DNA from: Macrostomum lignano
Taxonomy: Eukaryota
Length of the DNA: 64,000 nucleotides
Assembly: GCA_002269645.1 (NCBI GenBank)
Contig: NIVC01000419.1
Location: 310,001-374,000 of the forward strand
Direction: 5' to 3'
The translations under genes were made by a program, and so were the position numbers. The stretch's first letter is position 1, and each line of letters starts with the position of its first letter. This document shows, in pieces, positions 48,165 through 60,046 of this stretch. The notes beneath the pieces are model-generated. The model saw only the letters and a program-made list of their open reading frames with translations, made no database searches and was not told the DNA's origin.

Positions 48165-48300
48165 TACTATTTGGGGATGCTTGCTATCTGGGGGATGCTT
48201 GCTATCTGGGGGATGCTTGCTATTTGGGGGATGCTTGCTATCTGGGGGATGCTTGCAATCTGGGGGATGCTTGCTATCTGGGGGATGCTTGCTGTCTTGG
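48165..48300 (+). repeat. 18-bp subterminal repeat (GGGGGATGCTTGCTATCT) of the Helitron 3' region; second copy at about 52220-52370
   Basis: Direct reading; present in both Helitron units. Confidence 0.88.
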
Positions 48301-48440
48301 GATGATTTCTTTTTGCATTACACTTTATTTGAGCAGTTTGTCTGTTGTCTTTGTCAAGGCTTTATTTGGCTGTCTTTTTGTTACTTGTAGAGAACAGAGA
48401 TTCTATACAGATGCCCCCCAACGGGGGCGAAGATTGCTAG

Positions 48441-51400
48441 TCCTATATACTAAAAATGAGTTGTCTGTATGTGGGTAGGTATGCGATAGATTTCAGAAAA
48501 AATGGCTCAACCGATTTTCTTCAAACTTGCACCATTTGATCAGAAATTTTCCTGGGACGGTACATGCATCTTGGCTAAGAAATTTCTCAATTTTAAAGGG
48601 ATTAAATATTCGAAAAACATGCTTTTTTGCAAAGGTCAAGCAGCTCTTTCGACCTGAAATGCATTGTAAGAATGCTAGAGAAAAAACTGACTGGCTGAAT
48701 TCCGATTGTGATAAAGATTGCATCACAAGTTGAAAACAGTGCCCAAGAAATGCACACACGACTTGATTTAAATTGCGTAACCATATTGCTAACTTAAATT
48801 GAGACTGATACTGGCTAAATGAGAAATAGATATCTGACTTACTTTTTACTCCAAAGTATGTCTGAAGAAACTTTTTACTCCAATTGACTTGCTGTAAGAA
48901 TTGAATTATAAGGGCCACAATTCCACAAGAAAAGAGATAGCCCTGATGCGAACATACTGGAATGCTAATGTAGCGACCTGGCTTCGAATCTTAGTAGTGC
49001 AAAAAGATTTTTTTATTAAAACACCTTAAAAACACAACAAAACTGCTAAACATCAAAGAAGCGCAATGTCAAACATAGAAGAGCCAACATATCGAACATA
49101 AAAGAGTTACCATGTCAAACATAAAAACCCACCATGTCAAACATAAAAGAGCCACCATGTCAAGCATAGAAGAGCCACCATGTCTAACATAAAAGAACCA
49201 CCATGTCGAACATAAAAGAGCCACCATGTCAAACATTAAAGAGCCACCATGTCTAACAGTAAAGAGCCACCATGTCTAACATTAAAGAGCCACCATGTCG
49301 AACATTTAAGAGCCACCATGTCTAACATTAAAGAGCCACCATGTCTAACATTAAAGAGCCACCATGTCAAACATAAAAGAGCCACCATGTCAAACATAAA
49401 AGAGCCACCATGTCAAACATATATGTGACTCCATGTCAAACAGTAAAGAGCCACCATGTCAAGCATAAAAGAGCCACCATGTCTAACATAAAAGAGCCAC
49501 CATGTCAAACATTAAAGAGCCACCATGTCGAACATTAAAGAGCCTCCATGTCCAACATAGAAAAGCCACCATGTCGAACATTAAAGAGCCACCATGTCTA
49601 ACATTATACTGTAGAGCCACCATGTCGAACATTAACGAGTCACCATGTCAAGTATATTCGTGACTCCATGTCAAACATAAAAGAGCTACCATGAAGAACA
49701 TTAAAGAGCCACCACGTAAAACATTAAAGAGCTATTATGTCAAACATAAAACAGCCACCATGTCAAACATTAAAGAGCCACCATGTCTAACATTATAGAG
49801 CCACCATGTCGAACATTAAAGAGCCACCATTTCAAACATTAAAGAGCCATCATTACATTAAGGTGCCACCAGGTCAAACATTAAAGAGCCACCATGTCTA
49901 ACATTGAAGAGCCACCATGTCGAACATTAAAGAGCCACCATTTAAAACATTAAAGAGCCATCATTACATTAAGGTGCCACCATGTCTAACATAAAAGAGC
50001 CACCATGTCAAACATTAAAGAGCCACCATATCAAACATTAAAGAGCCACCATGTCAAACATTAAAGAGCCACCATATCAAACATTAAAGAGCCACCATGT
50101 CAAACTTAAAACAGCCACCATGTCAAACATAAAAGAGCCACTATGTCAAACATATATGTGACTCTATGTCAAACAGTAAAGAGCCACCATGTCAAGCATA
50201 AAAGAGCCACCATGTCTAACATAAAAGAGCCACCATGTCGAACATAAAAGAGCCACCATGTCAAACATTAAAGAGCCGCACTGTCAAACATTAAAGAGCC
50301 ATCATGTCTAACATTAAAGAGCCACCATGTCTAACATTAAAGAGCCACCATGTCAAACATAAAAGAGCCACCATGTCTAACATAAAAGAGCCACCATGTC
50401 AAAAATATATGTGACTCCATGTCAAACATTAAAGAGCCACCATGTCTAACATAAAAGAGCCACCATGTCAAACATTAAAGAGCCACCATATCAAACATTA
50501 AAGAGCCACCATGTCAAACATAAAAACCCACCATGTCAAACATAAAAGAGCCACCATGTCAAGCATAGAAGAGCCACCATGTCTAACATAAAAGAACCAC
50601 CATGTCTAACAGTAAAGAGCCACCATGTCTAACATTAAAGAGCCACCATGTCGAACATTTAAGAGCCACCATGTCAAACAGTAAAGAGCCACCATGTCTA
50701 ACATAAAAGAGCCACCATGTCAAACATTAAAGAGCCACCATGTAGAACATTAAAGAGCCACCATGTCCAACATAAAAGAGCCACCATGTCTAACATTATA
50801 GAGCCACCATGTCGAACATTAACGAGTCACCATGTCAAGTATATTCGTGACTCCATGTCAAACATAGAAGAGCTACCATGTCTAACATTATAGAGCCACC
50901 ATGTCGAACATTAACGAGTCACCATGTCAAGTATATTCGTGACTCCATGTCAAACATAAAAGAGCTACCATGAAGAACATTAAAGAGCCACAACGTAAAA
51001 CATTAAAGAGCCATTATGTCAAACATAAAAGAGCCACCATGTCAAACATAAAAGAGCCACCATGTCAAACATTAAAGAGCCACCATATCAAACATTAAAG
51101 AGCCACCATGTCAAACTTAAAACAGCCACCATGTCAAACATAAAAGAGCCACTATGTCAAACATATATGTGACTCCATGTCAAACAGTAAAGAGCCACCA
51201 TGTCTAACATAAAAGAACCACCATGTCGAACATAAAAGAGCCACCATGTCAAACATTAAAGAGCCGCACTGTCAAACATTAAAGAGCCACCATGTCTAAC
51301 ATTAAAGAGCCACCATGTCTAACATTAAAGAGCCACCATGTCAAACATTAAAGAGCCACCATGTCTAACATAAAAACCCACCATGTCAAACATAAAAGAG

Positions 51401-52507
51401 CCACCATGTCAAGCATAGAAGAGCCACCATGTCTAACATAAAAGAACCACCATGTCGAACATAAAAGAGCCACCATGTCAAACATTAAAGAGCCACCATG
51501 TCTAACAGTAAAGAGCCACCATGTCTAACATTAAAGAGCCACCATGTCGAACATTTAGGAGCCACCATGTCTAACATTAAAGAGCCACCATGTCTAACAT
51601 TAAAGAGCCACCATGTCAAACATAAAAGAGCCACCATGTCAAACATAAAAGAGCCACCATGTCAAACATATATGTGACTCCATGTCAAACAGTAAAGAGC
51701 CACCATGTCTAACATAAAAGAGCCACCATGTCAAACATTAAAGAGCCACCATGTCGAACATTAAAGAGCCACCATGTCGAACATAAAAGAGCCACCATGT
51801 CAAACATTATAGAGCCACCATGTCGAACATTAACGAGTCACCATGTCAAGTATATTCGTGACTCCATGTCAAACATAGAAGAGCTACCATGTCTAACATT
51901 ATAGAGCCACCATGTCGAACATTAACGAGTCACCATGTCAAGTATATTCGTGACTCCATGTCAAACATAAAAGAACTACCATGAAGAACATTAAAGAGCC
52001 ACCACGTAAAACATTAAAGAGCCATTATGTCAAACATAAAAGAGCCACCATGTCAAACATAAAAGAGCCACCATGTCAAACATTAAAGAGCCACCATGTC
52101 AAACATAAAATTTACACAATTTCAAACGTAAACGTAAGCGTCATGCCAATTTTAAAGGAGCCACTATAGAGCTAAGGAAATTGTAGCACTAGCTACTTAT
52201 TGTATGGTGGATGCTTACTATTTGGGGATGCTTGCTATCTGGGGGATGCTTGCTATCTGGGCGATGCTTGCAATCTGGGGATGCTTGCTATCTGGGGGAT
52301 GCTTGCTGTCTGGGGATGCTTGCAATCTGGGGGATGCTTGCTATCTGGGGGATGCTTGCTGTCTTGGGATGATTTCTTTTTGCATTACACTTTATTTGAG
52401 CAGTTTGTCTGTCGTCTTTGTGAAGGCTTTTTTGGCTGTCTTTTTGTTACTTGTAGAGAACAGAGATTCTATACAGATGTCCCCCAACGGGGGGCGAAGA
52501 TTGCTAG
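48441..52507 (+). mobile_element. Non-autonomous Helitron of the same family, 4.07 kb
   Basis: 5' TCCTATATACTAAAAATGAGTTGTCTGT plus about 330 bp homologous to 38920-39250; 3' about 400 bp homologous to 48060-48440, ending with hairpin + GAAGATTGCTAG|T at 52507/52508; no RepHel coding sequence. Confidence 0.88.
49070..52110 (+). repeat. 23-bp satellite, expanded array (about 130 units) inside the non-autonomous Helitron
   Basis: Same unit as 47760-48060, with recurrent variant blocks (ATATATGTGACTCC; AACGAGTCACC...GTATATTCGTGACTCC). Confidence 0.95.
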
Positions 52508-55500
52508 TAATGAAACTAAAACATATAAGCATATGATTAAAAAAAAGTAAAACTATTTGTTAGTTTACATGCCATATTTAATTTTATTTTCTTTTGTCTA
52601 CAATCCCTTATATGTAAGTTTACCATTGATGGAAATGTAAAATGAAATTGATATCTCTTTTACAATTGTTTTATATACAATTTCTCTATTTTGATATTTG
52701 TACAACAAAACTTAATATATAGGCTCTATGTTTAAAGATAAGTTAAATCCAATATAAGTTTTATTATTATAGTCATTTTGTCTACCACAAAATATTAAAT
52801 ACCATATAACCTAGGCCCCCTATCAGTATTATAAGTTTAAAATGACAGCCATTGATAGACAACAACTCATTTTTAATAATAGTAACAATCAACATTTAAT
52901 GTTAGAAGAAAGAGAATTATCTAAAAATAATTCTTATATATTTTCCTAAATAATAATTTTGTTTGTATTTAATTTATAATATTTAAGCCTAATCTAAAAT
53001 CATCCATTTAATAAGTGATTATTAACATTTAGTAACATTTAACTTATAGATAATAAAAAGTATCCAATTAAAAAAGCAGAGACCATAGTCATCTATTTAA
53101 ATATAATATTTAGATGTTTAAAAATAAAGTTTTATTTTTTATCTTTTCTTAATAGATGTTTTCATATTAATTTAGAGATCAAACAGATGATAGATATTGG
53201 GGATTTTGACTTTTTTGATTAAATCTGATTGAATCCCAATTCTCAAATTATGTAATTAATTCCCAACTGCCAAGAATCTAAGATATAAAATAAAATAAAG
53301 TAAAGAGCCCTAGGTTGGATACCAATATTTTGAATATAGCCTAGATTACCTAGACATCAATATAATTATATAGACAAATTGAATTCAAAATGAATAAAAC
53401 AATGGCAAATCTAGAACTTCAAGTTAGGGCACCAATAGGAGTATAGGGGGCACCAATTTTTAACCTAAAGGATGCAAGTGAATATAGGGGGCAAAAAATC
53501 AAGCTTAGGGGCACAAAAAATGCTTATTATGGATGGAATGAAAAATCAAGCTTATAGGCACAAAAAGGTGTTAGGGGCAAAAAAAAAGTTTAAAGGGTGC
53601 AAACTTAGGTTTTTGAGGGGCGCAATATGTTCTGTCAAGCTATTTAAGGGGGGTGGCTGCCTCTACCCTTAAAACTGCCCCTGGATTCAAATTAATGCTA
53701 AAAATTCAACTCATTTTTTACTTTAATGTCATTTATATTAGGGATTTATCCAAGTCATTGGGGTCATTTTATTTTATATAGGCTTTTCCTAAATGTAATT
53801 TAAATAATATGTAGCATAGACTAGATAGGATGTCGGGTAATAAGTCAAAAAAGTACAACTAAAAATAAAATTGTTTAGCAAATTATGTGTGCAAACAGGC
53901 AGCAAACCTTTGCTATGGCTAATGGTATGGTATGGCTAATGCTAAACTTTAATAGTGTAAAGGACAATGCCCCCTTCCAAGCTCCAAGTATGGCTAGCTT
54001 CTTATTTTTTAGTCTATTTCAGTTCAAATGATTTTACTTTTAGCCCCTAGGCCCTATTTGAGACTAAATAAAGCACAAAAATAGTTACAATTTTATGTTA
54101 TAAAGCCTAAGCAGCTAGGCCTAAAGAAAGTTTGCAAAGATTTTTCATCAATAGGCATAATGGATGGTATATTTAGGCCTATAAATTCAGACAACTTTGT
54201 AGTTTTACTAGGCCTATCAAGTAGGCCTAGTACTTCATATAATGAAACTAATAATAAAACTAGAAATAAATAAATAAATTTTTTCTATAAATAGCCTATG
54301 CTAGGCTGCTAGGCCTAGTTTATACATATGATATGCACAGCACACACACACAGCATCACAGCAGTGGGCAGTGGCAGGCGGCAGCACCACTATCAATTAT
54401 CAAAACTAAAATATCAAGCGCCAATGGTAAATAAAATTATAAACAGTGAAAGACTACAAAAAGTGAAATATATATTGCTTGTTATATCACATCATCAATC
54501 AAATTAACTTCGTGTCATAAACTCAGACCCCTGTAAAACGGTCCTGTCGCTTCTCACTTCTTGAAACTTTGTTATATTTCCACGAATCTAGCCAATATTA
54601 AAAACGTGCGTCTAGAGTACGCATTTTAACGAAACGATGCCAGCTTAGTTAAACTACCTTCACCTAAATAATATACATAGCTGTGCCTAGTTTTATAGTT
54701 AAAAATAATTTAACTAACTTTTCTATTCTTTTCTATTAGAGTACTGGACTACAGGAATTAATACTTATAGCTCCATTATTAGATAGGCCGGTCAAAAGTC
54801 CTTGTCAAAAGTAAGACACTATTCTAAATATTTTCTATTCGTTTCATATTTATTAATAATCATTCATTTCTTGTCAATCTATTCGCAGATTTTTCTCGAC
54901 CGAATCTGTCTTAGGCAAATTAAATTAAAACCCCGTAAATTTTACGGTAGGGTGCATAGATGTGTTCTAGAACCTACTACTGTCAGATAAGTGTTCGGTC
55001 GAAATGTACTAACAATATTGATGAGTTAGGCCTTCTTAAGCCCTTGATATGGGCTTTATCGGGCCTCAAAGCAAAGAAATTAATCACTTACATGTGATAT
55101 ATGTACATGTAATACTTTCGCCTCCTACGATCCTGTCAGATATTGGTCGAGTCGATCAAAGGTGCATACATGTACATGCATGTGGAGGCCGCATCTAAAT
55201 ATAATATGTGCATTTACGTAGGTCCTACGCTACATGTAAGAAAAAACAGCGAGAGATAATTGGAAAGGAGAATATGAAATGTAAAATAAGCCAATCCGTA
55301 GATTAAGCTAATCCGCCGATAGAAACCAGTCTTTACCCAGGCACATGTAGCTTTCCAACTAGAAGAGACTCGGGGGGCCAACCTGCCAACAATATGTCTC
55401 ATCACAACAATGTTGAAAGTCTATAGCTATATCCTTATCAATACGACAAATGTGTACACATTTACATGTGCATACATTCCAGCTCATTTCTAAGAACATC

Positions 55501-55669
55501 GAATTTATAGCGTCATTCACTTAAGTTTTCCATGACTTATAGCTGCTCACATAAATCTGGATTTTAAGTCATTGACATACAACTACGCACTCTGATTTTA
55601 ACATTCCCCAAATGCCAGCATATGTACGCAAAAAACACGACTGCAAGAAAGTACGAGCGTACACAGGCC

Positions 55670-56011
55670 ATATAATATAACTGATTACACCTGCCGCCCC
55701 AATGATGTGAAACTGGCAACTCAGCCGCAGCTATTGCGCGGCGCACCTGAAGGCTGCGTACGGGCCGTGCGGCGGCTGTTGTTCAGTCTGCTATAGACCC
55801 GGTCGCCACGCACACACATCCTCAACAATCCCAGACAATAATGCTGGTACCCATTTTACACAGCAAGGGTGAACTGTAAAGCAATGCATAGTAAAATTAA
55901 ATTGTCATGCTATAAAGAACACAACAAGTTGTTCCATAGGATAGGGAATCAAACTCCCGACCTTCAGATCATTAGTCCGACACACTAGCAACTATAATGA
56001 CTAAAAACCCC
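55670..56011 (-). mobile_element. tRNA-headed CORE-like SINE (family A), longest copy
   Basis: Head GGGGTTTTTAGTCATTATAGTTGCTAGTGTGTCGGACTAATGATCTGAAGGTCGGGAGTTTGATTCCCTATCC is homologous to the 14308 copy; body contains CAGTTCACCCTTGCTGTGTAAAATGGGTACC (CORE-like CTGTAAAATGGG). Confidence 0.6.
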
Positions 56012-56165
56012 TCACCCTCCAAGTGTATTAATATAGTATTACACCCAACAACATCTTAAATTTTCCATTCCGAATCCAGTCGTGAACAAGTGTGGCAGCT
56101 TTTATATAAAATCCGATTACTTATTTTATTGACATTTATTGGGCTCATTCTGAGCCAGGAAAGCC

Positions 56166-56284
56166 TAGTCTATGGTTTAAAGTGCTATAATTCCAGGCAC
56201 ATCAAATAATTTGATGGGCTCCAAAATGGAGACCATCAAATGATTTGATGGTCCCTAAATGAAAGCAGTTTGAACCATAGACTA
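56166..56284. mobile_element. 119-bp MITE-like element
   Basis: 21-bp terminal inverted repeats at 19/21 identity (TAGTCTATGGTTTAAAGTGCT / AGCAGTTTGAACCATAGACTA) and internal palindromes (GACCATCAAA-TGA-TTTGATGGTC). Confidence 0.55.
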
Positions 56285-56395
56285 AACAGAACTAGACAGT
56301 GTACTTGGATGCAACAAAAAAAACTGTTATTATATACTGTATAACGAAGCAACAAAAAAACAATTTTCTAGCCAAGCCATGGACAATTGGTAGGG

Positions 56396-57293
56396 TTATA
56401 TAGGAAACATATTTAGTTTTTTCAATAATAGGCAATGCAATAAACGTTTCACCAACTCACTTAAACTGAATTTCGATTTTAGCTCCATCAATGATGATAG
56501 ACTTGACACCGTGGTCAGTAATAGAAGCGCTGGAATCTCCAGAAGCGACAGGCTCACGTAAAAGTGTTGGATCATCGATACCAAGTTTTTCAGAGTTCCC
56601 GGCGGATATTTTTCGCCATTCTCCTTCCTCACCTCAAAAACGAAGAAGTGCAACAGTTCGTTGATCTCATTCTTTGTAAGCTCTTCGACAGGCTTAATCA
56701 CCGCGAGTCCTGACAGACGGCCTTGCATTTGCAGTTGGACACGATTCTCCTTCCACGTCTGGAACACATTCATCGCCCACTTTTCTCTTGCTAGTGTAGA
56801 CTCAGGTGAGCTCTCTAGCATTCTGCGCTCCAAAGCGGTCTCATCAAGCAACTCACCGAAACGAGAGCTAGGTTTGGTCGGCAGTGTTTTAGCTTTTCCG
56901 AGGGGCGGCGGAACTACATTTCCAGCAGGGGCTGGATCGAAAAAATTAAAAAAGTTGTCGCTATCAAATTCTTCTTCCATCGCGGTGTGGTTCAAGAGAA
57001 AGCTACGAAAGAAAGTAATTCGGATTTCGTCTAGCTAGTACTGTCTTAAATTTATGGAAAAGTTGTCTATGGTTCCAATCGGGTCTTTGCCGACTGGCTG
57101 CACCGCATTCGGCCCGGCTCAAGAGAAAGCTACAAAAATAAGCAATTCGGATTTCATATAAGATCACGGTAGTTTAATGCGCATTCTATGGTAGAAAGTC
57201 CGAGGCTGCATTTGATGGTCTCGAGGCGAGCGAAGCGAGCCGAGGACCATTAAGTGTGGCCGAGGACTTTCTAACCCTAGAATGCGCATTAAA
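56396..57293 (-). pseudogene. Internally deleted Crypton-like (DUF3504/ZMYM-QRICH1-related) element remnant with long hairpin
   Basis: ORF 56995 downward reads KWAMNVFQTW...LLHFFVFEVRKENGEKYPPGTLKNLVSMIQHF, typical of the N-terminal part of Crypton/DUF3504 proteins; no catalytic tyrosine-recombinase region follows; 121-bp imperfect hairpin 57173-57293 with central GGCGAGCGAAGCGAGCC. Confidence 0.62.
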
Positions 57294-57367
57294 CATCCAT
57301 GATTATATACTTAATAGCCTACTCTCTTCTGGGCATATGAGCGCGCAAGACTGTCGATTTTTGTTCT

Positions 57368-57866
57368 GCCACGTCAGCGCTATGGTCATGTCAGCGCTTC
57401 TCTTCAACAAACCGAGTCACAGCATTTAACATTGGTGGTGTAAATTTTGGCCTCACGGCTCCTCCTCGTTGCTTCAGCGCAACGCGATCTTCAGTGACAG
57501 ACAGCTGTGGATAATTGTGTCGGCCGTGGTTCTCTTTATGCCGAGGTCCTTCGCCAGTCGTCTCCAGTCTCTTCCTTCTTGGTAGCTGCGCACCAGCCGT
57601 TCTCGATCCTGCAGCGAAATACGCGCGTTCGGCATCTTCTTCGGTTGAGTTGCCAAAATTCGCTCACTTTTGCCAAGTTGAATGCACGCTTTAACCGATT
57701 CTACCACAGTTGACCATAGACATGTTGCTGACAGGCGTATGCTTTTTCCATGGGCTGCCAAAATTGAAGTCACTTTTGCCAAAGTCCAGCTTGAAAAGGT
57801 ATAGTAAGCTGAATTTCGATGCTAGAAACTTTTGTCAATGGCTTAAACCATAAGCGCTGACGTGGC
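57368..57866 (-). mobile_element. Tc1/IS630-like element remnant with truncated HTH-region transposase
   Basis: Inverted repeats GCCACGTCAGCGCT(T)ATGGT (57368-57386 / 57847-57866). MPNARISLQDRERLVRSYQEGRDWRRLAKDLGIKRTTADTII, then after a frameshift RVALKQRGGAVRPKFTPPMLNAVTRFVEEK; no DDE domain. Confidence 0.65.
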
Positions 57867-58104
57867 GACTAACTCCCGAAAAAGGCATGTGTAATCTCGT
57901 ATAAAACCATAGACATAAAGACTTTACGGGATATTATTGAATATTACCAAATAAAATCCCGGAGAACGCAAAAAATTGTCACGGAAAGTCATTATTTCTA
58001 TGGATTATTGACATTTAACGCCCGATTACTCTGTCCCACTTTGTCAAGGACACAAATGTCTATGGAACAATAATAGTAATACCCATGCTTTGCGGGCGTT
58101 AATA

Positions 58105-58727
58105 GTATAGCTTTTTGCAGCCCATTTGGGCCTATGCGCATTGAATTTAATCCCAAATAGGTTTGCCAATGTAATTTGGAGCTTTTGTCTATGGTAGCAA
58201 GGCTGGCACAGCGGCACTTAATTTGGTCCAACAAGCATCAGTTTGGTCAAAACGCTCGTGAGCCATTCGGCAAATTCTTGCCCTCTTGAAACAGTCTGCA
58301 GGTTGTTGCGTACCGCTGGAATGTCAGCGTCTCTACCAACAATTTTCAGTCGCTTTTCCAGAGCTCTGCTGATAGTAAAAATCTGATAACCAACTGGAAC
58401 TTGTTTTAACTTCTTTTAACTTCTGCTGCATTTCGGCAACGTAAGCAAAGGCTTCGTCTCAACTGCATCGAGTAGCAGCTGGACCTGAGGCTCTCACAAC
58501 TTGCTTTGGCGATTGACACCCCTTCGCAGGCGATCTCTGCCGCCAGTGGTTTCAACGCGCTGATAGATGCTGTAAACCATCTTTTCTTTTACATTCCCAG
58601 CAGCCTTGCAATGTCATTTGGTTTTCACCTCTGTCGAGCGCTTTGATCGCAAGCCAATGGTTCGACAGCCCAGCATATGGTCCACAATTCTGATACGTAA
58701 GCCCAAATGGGCTGCAAAAAGCTATAC
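58105..58727 (-). mobile_element. Second Tc1/IS630-like remnant with 27-bp perfect TIRs
   Basis: GTATAGCTTTTTGCAGCCCATTTGGGC (58105-58131) and its exact reverse complement (58701-58727); degraded minus-strand peptide fragments (IKALDRG..NDIARLLG, MVYSIYQRVETTGG, VQLLLDAVETKPLLTL, TISRALEK). Confidence 0.65.
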
Positions 58728-59135
58728 ATTATTAGTACATTAATACCCATGCTTAAGGGCGTTTATGGGAAAATCAGAGGGCCCTAAAAAATAAATAAAG
58801 CGATTTGTTCAATCGTTAACAAATAAGTGCACAAATTAACGCATAGGAAATTCAGAGATGCTCGTAACCGCACGTAATGCTTCTTTTTGGGGTTTTTCAT
58901 CGACGTTATATTTTTATATTCTATCTAAGAGTCGAGTTAAAAATTATAGAAACTTAAGTTTTCTTTTTCTTTCATATTGCACTTACTAATCGTCATATAT
59001 GTAATTCTCTGATCTATAATTCTATTTAGTTACATACTTCAGTAAAAAGGCAGTGCATCAAAAAATTAGATTCGTCGTTCATCTAGGTTGCCGTAACCCC
59101 GTGACTTCGCTGTTTTCCTAATAGCTATCCACTTT

Positions 59136-60046
59136 TCACGGCAGACGAATCTCTTGCCTATAGAACTTTTCCCAGCTAAGCTTCTCTGCATCGCTTGTGT
59201 AGTCCAGCTGCACAGCCGCGTCAAAGTACGGCAGCAGGATGCACTGACGCCTCGCCGAGTTCCAGTAGAATCCAACGCAGTCCGAGTGAGGAATGGCCAG
59301 GCATTTCAGGGTGCAATCTTCCGGAGCTGATTTCTCCGGGATGGTCATCCAGCAGCCAGCTTGAGGCTGGTCGTAGTTCAGAATCGGCATTCTTACAAAA
59401 CGGACAGTTGTCTCGGCGTTTCGCACTCTGTTAAAGCTATCGGCGGTGTAGCAGAGGACATTGTGTCGGGCAACGCAGCCATGGTCCCAGATGGCATTTG
59501 CATCCATGGCGACGCAGTCTTCTCCAATTCCTCTACTGTTTGGTTCGCCAGGCCCAAAAACTATGCAATCGCAAGTTTTAAAAGAGTTACGTAAATGTAG
59601 GTTAAGCAAAGAAGCATCATTCAAAAAAGGCATTGATGCTGTTTTAATCGAAAGAACAAACAACGTTGTGTATACTTACTATTTTCGTTTCCCGTGGTGA
59701 CTTCGCCATCCTCAATCCATACCCATCCGCTCCTCAGTTTATTCCTCTCAGCCAGAGCGTCCACCAGTCCAAGCCACCAAGACAGCGAGTTGAGATTGCC
59801 GCCATTTGGCTTTTTTGTTTTTCTGAGCATCTTGTCCTTTTCGATAGCCAGATACGCTTCTCTGCCAAGCATTTCTTTGCCTTCGTCGTGGCACAGTTTC
59901 ACCGCCTCGCAAAAGGTGAATGAGCCCACATAGGCGGAGACGTTAAAACCGTTATTCAGTTGCACACTTATTGGGAGATTCGCGTCAACATTCGCGTTGG
60001 CCAGAAGATTCAACTGTAGCAGCAGGTAAAGAAACAGTGACTTCAT
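59136..60046 (-). CDS. Secreted C-type lectin domain + PAN/Apple-like domain protein A (263 aa, 2 exons)
   Basis: complement(join(59136..59560,59680..60046)); phase-1 intron AATA|GTAAGT...GCATAG|TT. Signal peptide; FCEAVKLC, WWLGLVD, GWVWIEDG, GEPN, EDCVAM, WDHGC; then C..KC....CVGFYWNSARRQCIL (PAN/Apple-like). Confidence 0.8.

Larger units (their letters stand above)
38920..48440 (+). mobile_element. Helitron, autonomous-type, 9.5 kb
   Basis: 5' A|TCCTATATCCTAAAAATGAGTTGTCTGT at 38919/38920; 3' hairpin GCCCCC-CAAC-GGGGGC followed by GAAGATTGCTAG ending 48440; internal RepHel gene. Confidence 0.9.

Noticed and set aside
49070-52110. Perfect Kozak GCCACCATG in each satellite unit, giving a roughly 19-aa micro-ORF array
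   Set aside because: The 23-bp period is not a multiple of three, stops are frequent, and GCCACC is a vertebrate consensus; most likely coincidence.
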